DNA of 63,497 bases, counting the filler, from Octopus bimaculoides (lineage: Eukaryota): NCBI RefSeq assembly GCF_001194135.2. It is 4 parts of 4 records of this genome, joined end to end, with 100 filler letters (N's around TTAATTAATTAA, not from the genome) between each part and the next. Parts side by side here need not be neighbours in the genome. Positions count along the whole stretch, not along the records: positions 1 to 27,505 come from NC_069006.1; positions 27,606 to 49,668 come from NC_068991.1; 2 more parts are not named here. One strand, given 5' to 3'. The notes below the pieces were generated by a model that saw only the letters and a list, made by a program, of their open reading frames with translations, was not told the DNA's origin and did not search any database. The position numbers were made by a program, and so were the translations under genes. Positions 25,901-35,952 of this stretch are shown here, piece after piece. Numbering within the stretch: the stretch's first letter is position 1; every line of letters starts with the position of its first letter.

Positions 25901-26965
25901 TGGGAAAGGGTTTGTATTTATTAACCTTTCCACAACTAATTCCAGCGTGAATGGATTCTGGGTCTCTGCGTTGGAAATACTGTTTATAGACACATGGACA
26001 TAATCATGTTGGGTCTTTAAACACACACATGCACACAGAAACATGTCTAGCATTACACACACACACACACACACAGAAACATACACTTACACATGCCAGC
26101 ATATCAACACACACACACACAATCGATCAGTTAGGTTCGAGTAAACTCAACAATACTGATGAGGTCTAGCAGACAGGAACATAACTGTTCCCTTTCTGTG
26201 CACAAAGATCACACTTCCATCGGGGAGGTAAAATGACTTTTGAGTAATTATTTGTTTGAAATTATCTCCCCTTGTTTTGTGACATCACTACCTTTTACCA
26301 TTGGGTTTTTGTTTCCTTTCTCTAACCAAAAGTGAAATTTCATTTAAGACTGATCTCTATACAATATTCAATCCATTATCCTTTAACTTATTTAACCAGA
26401 ATTCATATCCTGTTCCAGTCATTTATCTTGGAGTGGTTGGCATGTTAGGAAGGGCATCCAGCCACAGAAACCATGCCAAACCAGACTGGAACCTGGTGCA
26501 GCTCTCCAGCTTACCAGTTCCAATCAAACCATCCAACCCATGCCAGCATGGAAAGTGGACGTTAAATGATAATAATACACACACACACACACACACATGT
26601 ACATATATATACACGTATACACACACATATCCTATTAAATTCTGATAATGATGTAGTTTAACTGTCTGGACATTGTCCAAAGTTATTATCTAACTTAGTA
26701 ATTACATTTAAACCAAATTTAAATTGGTTGCAAATAGAAAATCGAAATTAACTTGTCTCTAACGAACGATTTCATTTTGCTTTTGTTTTTATTTTATTAC
26801 AGTGCTGAAGAATTGAAAGAAAACGCTTTCTTCAAAGACTTGGACTGGAACAAAGTGTACCAACTTCATTACACACCGCCTCTCATTCCTCCAAGAGGTG
26901 AAGTGAATGCAGCAGATGCTTTTGATATTGGCTCATTTGATGAAGATGATACAAAAGGAATCAGG
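6659..26965 (+). CDS. GRK2: Partial multi-exon gene: G protein-coupled receptor kinase of the GRK2/3 (beta-ARK) subfamily; 9 internal exons, 988 nt, approx. human GRK2 residues 168-497
   Basis: Exons 6659-6710, 14283-14374, 16141-16240, 21840-22049, 22755-22849, 24078-24185, 24918-24984, 25809-25909 and 26803-26965 all have AG/GT boundaries with compatible phases. They join without a stop into (S)[60 protein letters not shown]...[46 protein letters not shown]...[30 protein letters not shown], near-identical to GRK2/3. 5' and 3' exons not found in the window. Confidence 0.97.
7721..7900 (+). mobile_element. SINE family A copy
   Basis: CTGAGTTCAAATTCC...GGGGTCGATAAATTAAGTACCAGTT...(ATT)n. Confidence 0.75.
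7904..8457 (+). repeat. ~550-bp non-coding interspersed repeat (family D)
   Basis: Colinear copies at 149-570 (same orientation) and 35953-36484 (reverse). Confidence 0.85.
10473..10509 (-). ncRNA. Minimal type-I hammerhead ribozyme motif (PLE-associated, U at position 6)
   Basis: UCUUU-CUGUUGA-A-GAGC-GUA-GCUC-GAAAC-GUC-AAAGA: 5-bp stem I, 4-bp stem II, loopless palindromic ACGU stem III, GUC triplet; related copies at 31618-31655 and 59041-59078. Confidence 0.6.
11918..12139. mobile_element. piggyBac-like MITE
   Basis: TTAA at both ends (11918-11921, 12136-12139) with TIRs CCCTATAGTATT / AATGCTAAAGGA; a possibly related element abuts at ~11717-11917. Confidence 0.6.
12749..12965 (+). mobile_element. 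SINE family A (tRNA-like head, trinucleotide tail), full-length copy
   Basis: TGGCAGAATCGTTAGC A-box-like, GAGTTCAAATTCC B-box, conserved GGGGTCGATAAATTAAGTACCAGTT; about 14 copies in the window. Confidence 0.8.
13945..14095 (+). mobile_element. SINE family A partial copy
   Basis: TTCAAATTCCGCCCAAGGTCAACTTTGCC...GGGGTCGATG..AAGTACCAGTT. Confidence 0.7.
14283..14374 (+). CDS. GRK2: GRK2/3 exon (92 nt), glycine-rich loop: [30 protein letters not shown](M)
   Basis: ttccag|TTAACC ... AAAAT|gtaagt; GxGxxG motif; not captured by the ORF track. Confidence 0.97.
15685..15905 (+). mobile_element. SINE family A copy
   Basis: GCAGAATCGTT...CTGAGTTCCAAATGCTGCCGAGGTTGACTTTGCC...(ATT)n. Confidence 0.7.
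16141..16240 (+). CDS. GRK2: GRK2/3 exon (100 nt), catalytic Lys: [33 protein letters not shown]
   Basis: ccctag|GTACGC ... ACAGGG|gtgagt; lies inside ORF 16088..16399. Confidence 0.97.
16345..16714 (-). mobile_element. Tc1/mariner-superfamily transposon 5' fragment (left TIR plus N-terminal HTH region), antisense in a GRK intron
   Basis: TIR-like TGGTGTCCCTAAAGTCTGGACACAAGGG (16711-16684). ATG at 16595 gives [44 protein letters not shown], then by frameshift [19 protein letters not shown] (typical [14 protein letters not shown] motif). Confidence 0.8.
20911..21010. repeat. 50-bp tandem duplication
   Basis: TACAACACTATTGCAT at 20911 and 20961. Confidence 0.8.
21050..21255 (+). mobile_element. 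SINE family A copy
   Basis: GAGTTCAAATTCCACTGGGGTCAACTTCGCCTTTCATCC...GGCCTTGTGCCAAAATTTGAAACC. Confidence 0.7.
21840..22049 (+). CDS. GRK2: GRK2/3 exon (210 nt): [70 protein letters not shown]
   Basis: ctccag|GAGTGC ... CTTAAG|gtaaac; catalytic-loop YRDLK. Confidence 0.97.
22600..22712 (+). mobile_element. SINE family A 3' part ending ~40 nt upstream of a GRK acceptor
   Basis: AAATAAGTACCAGTTGCGCACTGAGGTCGATGTAGTCGAC...AGGCCTTGTG..GAAAGGATTATT. Confidence 0.65.
22755..22849 (+). CDS. GRK2: GRK2/3 exon (95 nt): [31 protein letters not shown](V)
   Basis: tttcag|CCTGCA ... AGTGT|gtgagt; GRK-typical DLG motif. Confidence 0.97.
23275..23460. repeat. Degenerate ~26-bp minisatellite (core CAACATGTAGC..A..TGCACAGAT)
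   Basis: About 7 recurrences of the ACATGT/CAGAT unit. Confidence 0.7.
23510..23720 (+). mobile_element. Repeat family C copy
   Basis: TTTCTATGGCTGGATGCCTTTCCCAATGCCAACCAC. Confidence 0.65.
24078..24185 (+). CDS. GRK2: GRK2/3 exon (108 nt): [35 protein letters not shown](G)
   Basis: gacag|AGGAACC ... AAAGG|gtaagt; APE motif. Confidence 0.97.
24918..24984 (+). CDS. GRK2: GRK2/3 exon (67 nt): [22 protein letters not shown]
   Basis: ttttag|CCACAGT ... ACAATG|gtaagt. Confidence 0.96.
25075..25262 (-). mobile_element. Repeat family C copy
   Basis: GTTGGCATTAGGAAGGGCATCCAGCCATAGAAACCATGCC (reverse complement of core). Confidence 0.7.
25809..25909 (+). CDS. GRK2: GRK2/3 exon (101 nt): [33 protein letters not shown](G)
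   Basis: ttttag|AATGTT ... AAAGG|gtttgt; phase 2 fits the next exon. Confidence 0.94.
26440..26575 (-). mobile_element. Repeat family C copy
   Basis: GTTGGCATGTTAGGAAGGGCATCCAGCCACAGAAACCATGCC. Confidence 0.7.
26803..26965 (+). CDS. GRK2: GRK2/3 exon (163 nt), AGC C-tail: [54 protein letters not shown]
   Basis: ttacag|TGCTGAA ... ATCAGG|gtaatt; last GRK exon found before the scaffold join. Confidence 0.97.
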
Positions 26966-27257
26966 GTAATTTCACATTTACACTCATTGCTTACATACAC
27001 ATTCATCATCTGATGTTCGTTCTCTCTCTCTCTCTCTCTCTCATTTCAGTGAATGCATCAGAGATGTAATCTCTTCATTCATTTACTGTTTTGGGATTCT
27101 TCTCATAAACCTTGTTCTTTACAACAACCCCAAAAAAAGAAAGCCATTGGTGTCAGGCCAGGTGGCCATTCGATGCTAGCCAGTGGGGTGGTGTCACAAC
27201 ATCCAATAGTCTGGTCAATACAGTAATACCATGATATAGATATATATATATATATAT

Positions 27258-27505
27258 CATCATCATCATCATCATCATCGTTTAACGTCCGCTTTCCATG
27301 CTAGCATGGGTTGGACGATTTGACTGAGGACTGGTGAAACCGGATGGCAACACCAGGCTCCAGTCTGATTTGGCAGAGTTTCTACAGCTAGATGCCCTTC
27401 CTAACGCCAACCACTCAGAGAGTGTAGTGGGTGCTTTTACGTGTCACCCGCACGAAAACGGCCACGCTCGAAATGGTGTCTTTTATGTGCCACCCGCACA
27501 AGCCA
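27258..27505 (+). mobile_element. Interspersed repeat family C (GATGCCCTTCCTAACGCCAACC core, (CAT)n flank), SINE/LINE-tail-like
   Basis: Homologous copies at 5596-5890(+), 23510-23720(+), 25075-25262(-), 26440-26575(-). Confidence 0.7.
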
Positions 27506-27605
27506 NNNNNNNNNNNNNNNNNNNNNNNNNNNNNNNNNNNNNNNNNNNNTTAATTAATTAANNNNNNNNNNNNNNNNNNNNNNNNNNNNNNNNNNNNNNN
27601 NNNNN
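27506..27605. other. Synthetic scaffold spacer (44 N + TTAATTAATTAA + 44 N)
   Basis: Exactly 100 bp, symmetric; the 12-mer gives stops in all six frames; identical at three places. Confidence 0.95.
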
Positions 27606-27633
27606 ACACACACACACAAACACACACACACAA

Positions 27634-27664
<31 letters not shown>

Positions 27665-27839
27665 TATATACACATATATATATATATATACATATATATA
27701 TACATACATGTTACATACATACATGTTACATACATACACACACACACATATACATACATTTATCAGTGTGTGTGTGTGTGTGTATGATTGCACACGCTTA
27801 TATGGAAAATGGAAAAAAGAAGGGGGAATGAGTAGAGTG

Positions 27840-28740
27840 AAATTGCCGAGAAGTGTCAGATATCTAACGTTTCGAACAAAGTCCTTTCTTCAGAGTAAAG
27901 ATGATAGAAAGAGAGTAGAAAGAAGCAGGGTTTTACACCCACTATGTTCATGAAGCTGCCTGCAAATTATGGGGACCGCAAGACAACGTGAACTTTACAC
28001 GTAGACAGGAAATTGTAATAGCGAGTGGAACAACAAAAGAGCAATAAAAAGAATAGAAGAAGAAGCGGTTAAGGTAGATAAAAAATGAAGGCGAGAGAGT
28101 CTTGAAGTATAAAAATGGGATTCCTGAACTAATATGGGGTATAAAGCAAAACAAAAATGTTCATTTAAGCCTGTCGGTAACGTGGTTCGCGTTTGGATAT
28201 GAAACATTGTTCTATCCATTTCTCTGCGTGACTATATTCTTGGTGTACGGAGATGTTGCACTCTTATAAATGGGTAATGGAATGGTCTATTCTGTTGAAG
28301 TGGGTACTGAATGTTGGTCAGGCTTCTGTAGCAGTGTGCTTCGAATATGCTTCCAAAAGTGATCGGCAAGGCGATTACCTGTTTTCTCAATATAAAAAGC
28401 GCCACGAAGTTTGCAAATGATGCAAAATATGAGGTTAGAAGATGTGCAAGAGAAGCTTTGGGAAAATGAGGTACCGTAACGTAAGCCAAATCGCGGTCGA
28501 ATTGTTGTTAATGCAGTATTGTATTGCTGATGAGCGTTCTTAAAAGTGCTTGCATTCGAAGCAAAGTTCTACAAATATCAGGCCAACCTGTTACTACACA
28601 GTTAAAAACAACGGGTCGTTGAATTACCTATTAATCAGTGTGCGGCATCTCCGCACACAAATGAACCGCCTATTCCAAGAAACGTAGAGGAAAACGTTTA
28701 ATATTCAAACTCAGAATCAACCATGTTACCGACAGGTTTC
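27840..28740 (-). mobile_element. Degenerate Penelope-like element 3' end (GIY-YIG endonuclease remnant plus downstream pLTR-like region)
   Basis: Minus strand from 28469 reads SFSQSFSCTSSNLIFCIICKLRGAFYIEKTGNRLADHFWKHIRS, then across frameshifts WIEQCFISK...TLPTGLNEHFCF (ends ~28148), matching the PLE CTSxNxIY..C..C...YIGET.R.L.DRF.EH ... GLNERF pattern. A hammerhead-like core follows at 27896-27860. Confidence 0.8.
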
Positions 28741-31076
28741 AATGCACGCATACGCATGCCAGTGTGTTAGGTCGTACATGTGTGCGTGTGTGTGTGCGTG
28801 TGTGTGTGTGTGTGTGTATNNNNNNNNNNNNNNNNNNNNNNNNNNNNNNNNNNNNNNNNNNNNNNNNNNNNNNNNNNNNNNNNNNNNNNNNNNNNNNNNN
28901 NNNNNNNNNNNNNNNNNNNNNNNNNNNNNNNNNNNNNNNNNNNNNNNNNNNNNNNNNNNNNNNNNNNNNNNNNNNNNNNNNNNNNNNNNNNNNNNNNNNN
29001 NNNNNNNNNNNNNNNNNNNNNNNNNNNNNNNNNNNNNNNNNNNNNNNNNNNNNNNNNNNNNNNNNNNNNNNNNNNNNNNNNNNNNNNNNNNNNNNNNNNN
29101 NNNNNNNNNNNNNNNNNNNNNNNNNNNNNNNNNNNNNNNNNNNNNNNNNNNNNNNNNNNNNNNNNNNNNNNNNNNNNNNNNNNNNNNNNAGAGATAGAGA
29201 GAGAGAGAGAGAGAGACGGGTAGACTGATAGGAATAGGATGAATGCCTAAGTGTTCTTTCAGGAAATCTCTTTCCATTCAGTTTTCTCCAATACACACCG
29301 AATTGTTGAAGGCGATGCTTAACATTAACCGATTTAATTTCTCATCAATGAGAGGAGATGACCTGCTGCTAGAGCTCTTGTGACTCACTTGTAAAAATAT
29401 TTGAACACTATGTGAACGAAAGTCAAAGAAACAATGAATATATTTAAATAATTCTGTTGGTACGTTCCCACCGCTGTCATTTTTATGTCCTTTTCTTTCA
29501 GATATATTATATCAAGATTATATATAATATGGCTTCCATTTTAAAGCGGTAGGATGTTACTTGTGGGAGATTTGGTTGCTATTTCTAATAGGTCGAACAA
29601 CCACATACAGGCTTACACAGAGGATGATTGTTACCTATCCTCAGATTAGCTCTGAACAAGCAGACGTATAATTAAGGGCGCTCTGTTCGTGACCATCGCG
29701 TGTTTTATTCAGGCAAATGTATTTACAACAACATTATCCAATGTGTCATTCCTTTTTGAAGACGGCAGTATGTGATTTCAGAGATTTAGCTGCTAATTAT
29801 AATATATCGATAGGCAGCTTAGAGATTTATTTATTCAGTGACTGGTGCTTCTGTCTGTTCGCCTAGAAAGTCTTAAACTGTTTATATATAATTACACTTT
29901 CTCATTAAGTTTAAAATAGTTACGTTCAACTGTCGCAAGAAACGTCTTCACAAAAAGAGAAAATCAAACAAGCAAATAATAACAATAAAAATAAAAGAAT
30001 TACAAACAAACAATAGCAAATAAATAAATAAATAAAAGAATATGAAAATGTCAGTGGTAATTACTATTAGAGGGGTACACAAGGAAATGGTTGGGCGACA
30101 TTTTGAAAGTAAATATTTTTATGTCTACGATGCCAAGTTGAAATTATTCTTGCTAGTTTAGTTAGTATTTTCATGTTCGAGATCTTGTCCAAGAGATTTT
30201 AGGAATGGTAATTCAACACGTTGAGATACGCACACATGTACCTCGATAGACATACACCCAGTAATTCTTAATTCTAGTCTCATTAGCGGAATTGAAGAAA
30301 AGGTATTTGTGGAATTATATGTCCAGTATGACTTTTTGACNNNNNNNNNNNNNNNNNNNNNNNNNNNNNNNNNNNNNNNNNNNNNNNNNNNNNNNNNNNN
30401 NNNNNNNNNNNNNNNNNNNNNNNNNNNNNNNNNNNNNNNNNNNNNNNNNNNNNNNNNNNNNNNNNNNNNNNNNNNNNNATATGTATATATATATATGTAT
30501 ATCCATAATGTACATACACATATAGATATCTATATATACATATACAAATATAGATATGTATATATAGATATATAGATATGTGCTTACTCCGGTATATATA
30601 TATACATATATATATGTATATATAAATATACGTATATATATGTATATAATATATATGTGTGTGTGTGTATGTATGTATGTATACACACATATATAAAAAC
30701 CTGTATATGAACAACGTACAAGCAGATGTATAATTAGGGTAGATTGTTTAACGTATTCATTTATTCTTTTATTAGTTTCAGCTGTCAGAATGCGGCCATG
30801 CTGGAACAACGAATTCAAGGGTTTTGTTGATTATATCTAACCCAATAATCATTTCGGTCTGTTACTTATTTTATAATAATCGTCGAGCCGCTAAGTTACG
30901 GGACATGAGTAACAAAATATGTTTTGAAATGATGTTATCACACACATGCGTGCGCAAAGCACAGACACACATTCATACACAAACATAAATATCAATATAT
31001 ATCTGTTTCTCTCGATCTGTTTATCAGTCTGTCTCTCTATCTATCTATCCATCTATCTGTCTGCCTGTCTGTCTGT

Positions 31077-31121
<45 letters not shown>

Positions 31122-31378
31122 AATCACCATCTCTCTCACTGTATACACACACACATACATGCACACACACACACGCACACACACACATACCCCCCAACAC
31201 CACATACACATATACGTATGTATATCTGAAGAACGAGAAAGTGATAAACAGAAAGATAGATAAGCAGGTAGAGAGATAGACGTAAAATCTCTCTGACGGA
31301 TCTGTGTTAATCTTTTCTGAAAACCTTTTTCAATCTAAGTAATCATTTTATCATTCTTAATCTTTTCATTATACATAG

Positions 31379-31409
<31 letters not shown>

Positions 31410-33373
31410 TGTATGTGTGTGTGTGTGTGTGTGTGTGTAAATTTATACACACACAGACATACACACACAGACACACACACAGACACACGCACAGACACAC
31501 ATACAGACACACATACACAGACACACACACACATATATGACAGAAAACAAAAGACAAAGATAGGTGAGGAAATAACAAGCATTTGTATTATTTTGACGCC
31601 CTGGAAGAATGGAAAGTTCTTTGACGTTTCGAACCCACGCTCTTCGATAGAAATGAGTAAGAGAAACAAAATGGATAGAGAGAGAAAGAAAAACAGAGAG
31701 AGAAAAAATGTTTTGGGATTGACTGCTTAACATGATTAAATAACCGGAAGGAAGAAGCCGGGTGAAAGGGAGATAACAGTGACCCGGCTGAACTAGGGTG
31801 CGCAAGCGTGCGCGTATATGTGAGAATGTTATGTTAGTGTGTATGTAGACATTGTCTGTGCGTGTGCGTATATGTAGCGGACTAATATATTTTCAAAGAG
31901 CCAATGAAGAAACACCTTACACAGCTGCGTCATTTAAGTGCTGAATATATGTGAGCGAGTCGTGCAAATATACGGTAAAGGGTAAGGTGTTTACCTTCAA
32001 CTAATACGGAACCTTACAACTTTTTGTTCATTCAATATGAACGCTGCAGGAATGTGTGTCGAAATAATGAGCGGGTCCTAGTTAATCATTGCAGTAACTG
32101 CTAAGGCTGAAATGCACCAGTGCCCATAATCGATTTATTGGAAAATGATATAGTAAACTAAAACTATACGCTAGAAGTAACACAGCAATTCTGACGGTAT
32201 GTTTCCTTTGCTTGCAATACCTAGGCTTCTTTGTATTACTGGACATCACGTCCATTAAGGTGGCAAGCGGCCAGCAATAAAATAAGCTTCGTGCAGTGAA
32301 TATGCTGGGAGATACAAAGGAAAAGACACGAAAAGAAATTCAACGAGAAAAGAATCACAAAAAACAAAAACAAAAAAAATTCAACGTAAGTATTTCAAGA
32401 AGTTCCGTAAAATAGATTCTCGAGGAAAGAAACTACTGGCATAGAAAGGCTTCTGCCTGAGGGATACATCAATGAAAGGATGAGTATTTGCACAAAGACG
32501 AGTTTCTCACTTAGATACACGTTGTACTCAGACCTGCCAATAAGCATTGAGGTTGCTCTGACGAAAATTCACTGGATCGCTACACATAAGTAGATCTGTC
32601 CTTTTAACCACAAATATTTAACGACAGCCTATCATTAACGAAGTGAATGGGAATTATAAAATGAGTAGCACAAAGACAAAATATCTCTGGCGTATGCAAA
32701 TGCAGTTTTCAAATGGTAACACCATGTTCATTGAGGGTGTTTGTTGTTAACTAGAAGAATAGTGTCACCGTTAGCTCCACGAGCACTGCATACATTAAAC
32801 GAAGATGAAAAAAATCTTTGTTTCTGGAGAACAAAAAAAAAAACAAACAAACAAAAAAACAGCCTAATGACAGTATACTATTTACTTAATATNNNNNNNN
32901 NNNNNNNNNNNNNNNNNNNNNNNNNNNNNNNNNNNNNNNNNNNNNNNNNNNNNNNNNNNNNNNNNNNNNNNNNNNNNNNNNNNNNNNNNNNNNNNNNNNN
33001 NNNNNNNNNNNNNNNNNNNNNNNNNNNNNNNNNNNNNNNNNNNNNNNNNNNNNNNNNNNNNNNNNNNNNNNNNNNNNNNNNNNNNNNNNNNNNNNNNNNN
33101 NNNNNNNNNNNNNNNNNNNNNNNNNNNNNNNNNNNNNNNNNNNNNNNNNNNNNNNNNNNNNNNNNNNNNNNNNNNNNNNNNNNNNNNNNNNNNNNNNNNN
33201 NNNNNNNNNNNNNNNNNNNNNNNNNNNNNNNNNNNNNNNNNNNNNNNNNNNNNNNNNNNNNNNNNNNNNNNNNNNNNNNNNNNNNNNNNNNNNNNNNNNN
33301 NNNNNNNNNNNNNNNNNNNNNNNNNNNNNNNNNNNNNNNNNNNNNNNNNNNNNNNNNNNNNNNNNNNNNNNNN

Positions 33374-33424
<51 letters not shown>

Positions 33425-33426
<2 letters not shown>

Positions 33427-33857
33427 CAAAATAAGAGGAATGACTAGCAAATGTGGATTCCTAAATGCTAGAAATAGATGCCGAATCATCTAACTGACTT
33501 AGCGCGCCAGATTTGAAGACATTTGAAAGGATACACTGAATGTAATTCGCAGAATCTCTACACGTGTTCACTTACGGGTGGATGGCTTGTGTCTAGTTCT
33601 GTGTATTGCATCTCAAAGAGACAAACTTACGCTGACGATCCTGCAGATATTTACTTATGTAAATTTTAACAGGTGAAACCATGGTTCGTAGGTTAATCGT
33701 TTTTTAATTTAGTATTTTTTCATTTGTCTTGCTCGTTTACAGTCTGTTGTGTCGCTAAATTTTCTACTGAGAACATATTTTTTCGTGGTTAGATGATTCG
33801 GCATCTATTTCTAGCATTTAGGAATCCACATTTGCTGGTCATTCCTGTTATTTTGTA
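33425..33857. mobile_element. MITE with 70-bp terminal inverted repeats
   Basis: 33425-33494 vs 33788-33857 reverse-complementary with 2 mismatches; TA-rich flanks. Confidence 0.75.
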
Positions 33858-34713
33858 TGTAATATAATTTTAATCTTCGGATTTTTTTAATATGCTAGAC
33901 CACTGGTTTTAATTGATTAATATCAATTTCTACCCTCATTAATAAATTNNNNNNNNNNNNNNNNNNNNNNNNNNNNNNNNNNNNNNNNNNNNNNNNNNNN
34001 NNNNNNNNNNNNNNNNNNNNNNNNNNNNNNNNNNNNNNNNNNNNNNNNNNNNNNNNNNNNNNNNNNNNNNNNNNNNNNNNNNNNNNNNNNNNNNNNNNNN
34101 NNNNNNNNNNNNNNNNNNNNNNNNNNNNNNNNNNNNNNNNNNNNNNNNNNNNNNNNNNNNNNNNNNNNNNNNNNNNNNNNNNNNNNNNNNNNNNNNNNNN
34201 NNNNNNNNNNNNNNNNNNNNNNNNNNNNNNNNNNNNNNNNNNNNNNNNNNNNNNNNNNNNNNNNNNNNNNNNNNNNNNNNNNNNNNNNNNNNNNNNNNNN
34301 NNNNNNNNNNNNNNNNNNNNNNNNNNNNNNNNNNNNNNNNNNNNNNNNNNNNNNNNNNNNNNNNNNNNNNNNNNNNNNNNNNNNNNNNNNNNNNNNNNNN
34401 NNNNNNNNNNNNNNNNNNNNNNNNNNNNNNNNNNNNNNNNNNNNNNNNNNNNNNNNNNNNNNNNNNNNNNNNNNNNNNNNNNNNNNNNNNNNNNNNNNNN
34501 NNNNNNNNNNNNNNNNNNNNNNNNNNNNNNNNNNNNNNNNNNNNNNNNNNNNNNNNNNNNNNNNNNNNNNNNNNNNNNNNNNNNNNNNNNNNNNNNNNNN
34601 NNNNNNNNNNNNNNNNNNNNNNNNNNNNNNNNNNNNNNNNNNNNNNNNNNNNNNNNNNNNNNNNNNNNNNNNNNNNNNNNNNNNNNNNNNNNNNNNNNNN
34701 NNNNNNNNNNNNN

Positions 34714-35250
34714 TGTGAGTGGATTTGGTAGACGGAAACTGAAAGAAGCCCGTCGTATATATGTATATATGTATATATATATGTATATGTGTGTGTGTTT
34801 ATGTGTTTGTGTTTGTCCCCCTAGTATTGCTTGACAACCGATGCTGGTGTGTTTATGTCCCCGTCACTTAGCGGTTCGGCAAAAGAGACCGATAGAATAA
34901 GTACTAGGCTTACAATGAATAAGTCCTGGGGGTCGATTTGCTCGACTAAAAGCGATGCTCCAGCATGGCCGTAGTCAAATGACTGAAACAAATAAAAGTG
35001 TAAAAAAGAGATATATATGTGTGTGTGTGCGTGTGTGTAGCGATGTGTGTGTCTGTTTATATTTGTCCCCCGCCATTGGTGTGTCTATGTCGCTGTAAGT
35101 TAGCGGTTCGGCAAAAATGACTAATAGAGTAAGTATTAAGTTTAAAAAATAAGTCCTGGGGGGAATGGGGGTTTAGGATTTGTTCGACAATGCTCCAGCA
35201 CAGCCCCTTCAAGACGATGTCCTAGCATGGCCGTAGTCAAATGACAGGAA
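34714..35250 (+). mobile_element. SINE family B 3' half plus a second partial copy in tandem
   Basis: GTGAGTGGATTTGGTAGACGGAAACTGAAAGAAGCCCGTC...CTCCAGCATGGCCGTAGTCAAATGACTGAAAC. Confidence 0.75.
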
Positions 35251-35744
35251 ACAAATAAAAAGGTAGAAAAAAGATAAACCACAAATCCACTTTTGTGCAC
35301 AACGACCAAATGCAAGTCGTATCCAGTTATGTACAGTTCTGAAGGAATGCTGTTTTGTCATTACAGAAAATGAAATCAATAAGCAGAGTCTACTATATAG
35401 AAAGGTTAATAACATCGCCGACAATGTGCTGTCGAGTAATATCAAATATATCTTGTTTTAAACATAACAACTAATAATTTAAAATTGAGATAAAAAAAAT
35501 TAAATGATATCATGAAAACATGTTTTATTGGTGCATTATATTAATGATTTATAACTAACTTATTGTCTGCTTGTAAACAACCGGATTCTTGCAAGTGTGT
35601 GAGTAGTAAAAGGCCGTTAGTGACGATATGTCACTACTGAGGTGTCATTTTGTGTTTACAGTCGACGTAGAGAGTTATTGCAACGAAATGTTCTCAAATT
35701 TGAATACAATGAACAACAACAACAACAACAATAATAATCCTATG

Positions 35745-35945
35745 TATTATAAACACTAGACCTGAAATTTGGGGGAGGGGCAAGTCGATTACATTGACTC
35801 CAGTGCATAACTGGCACTTACTTCGTCGACCACCGAAAGGATGAAAGCCAAAGTCTACCTCGACAGAATTTCAACTCAGAACGTAAAGACGAACGAAACG
35901 CCGTTAATTATTTTGCCTGGCGTGCCAACGATTCTGCCTGCTCAC
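35745..35945 (-). mobile_element. SINE family A copy
   Basis: Reverse-complement match. Confidence 0.7.
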
Positions 35946-35952
35946 CACCTTC

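Noticed and set aside
26156-26190. Sense-strand CUGAUGAG-GUCU-AGC-AGAC-AGGAAC hammerhead-like motif
   Set aside because: GAAA is mutated to GGAA, the 10.1-11.1 pair is broken and no stem I is found; at best a dead relic.
27550-27561. TTAATTAATTAA as a biological motif (PacI or homeodomain site)
   Set aside because: Always centred in exactly 44+44 N, so it is an assembly spacer.
35369-35406. Possible 38-nt exon (ttacag|...GAAAG|gttaat)
   Set aside because: Peptide ENEINKQSLLYRK is unrelated to GRK, the donor is weak and no partner exons were found.
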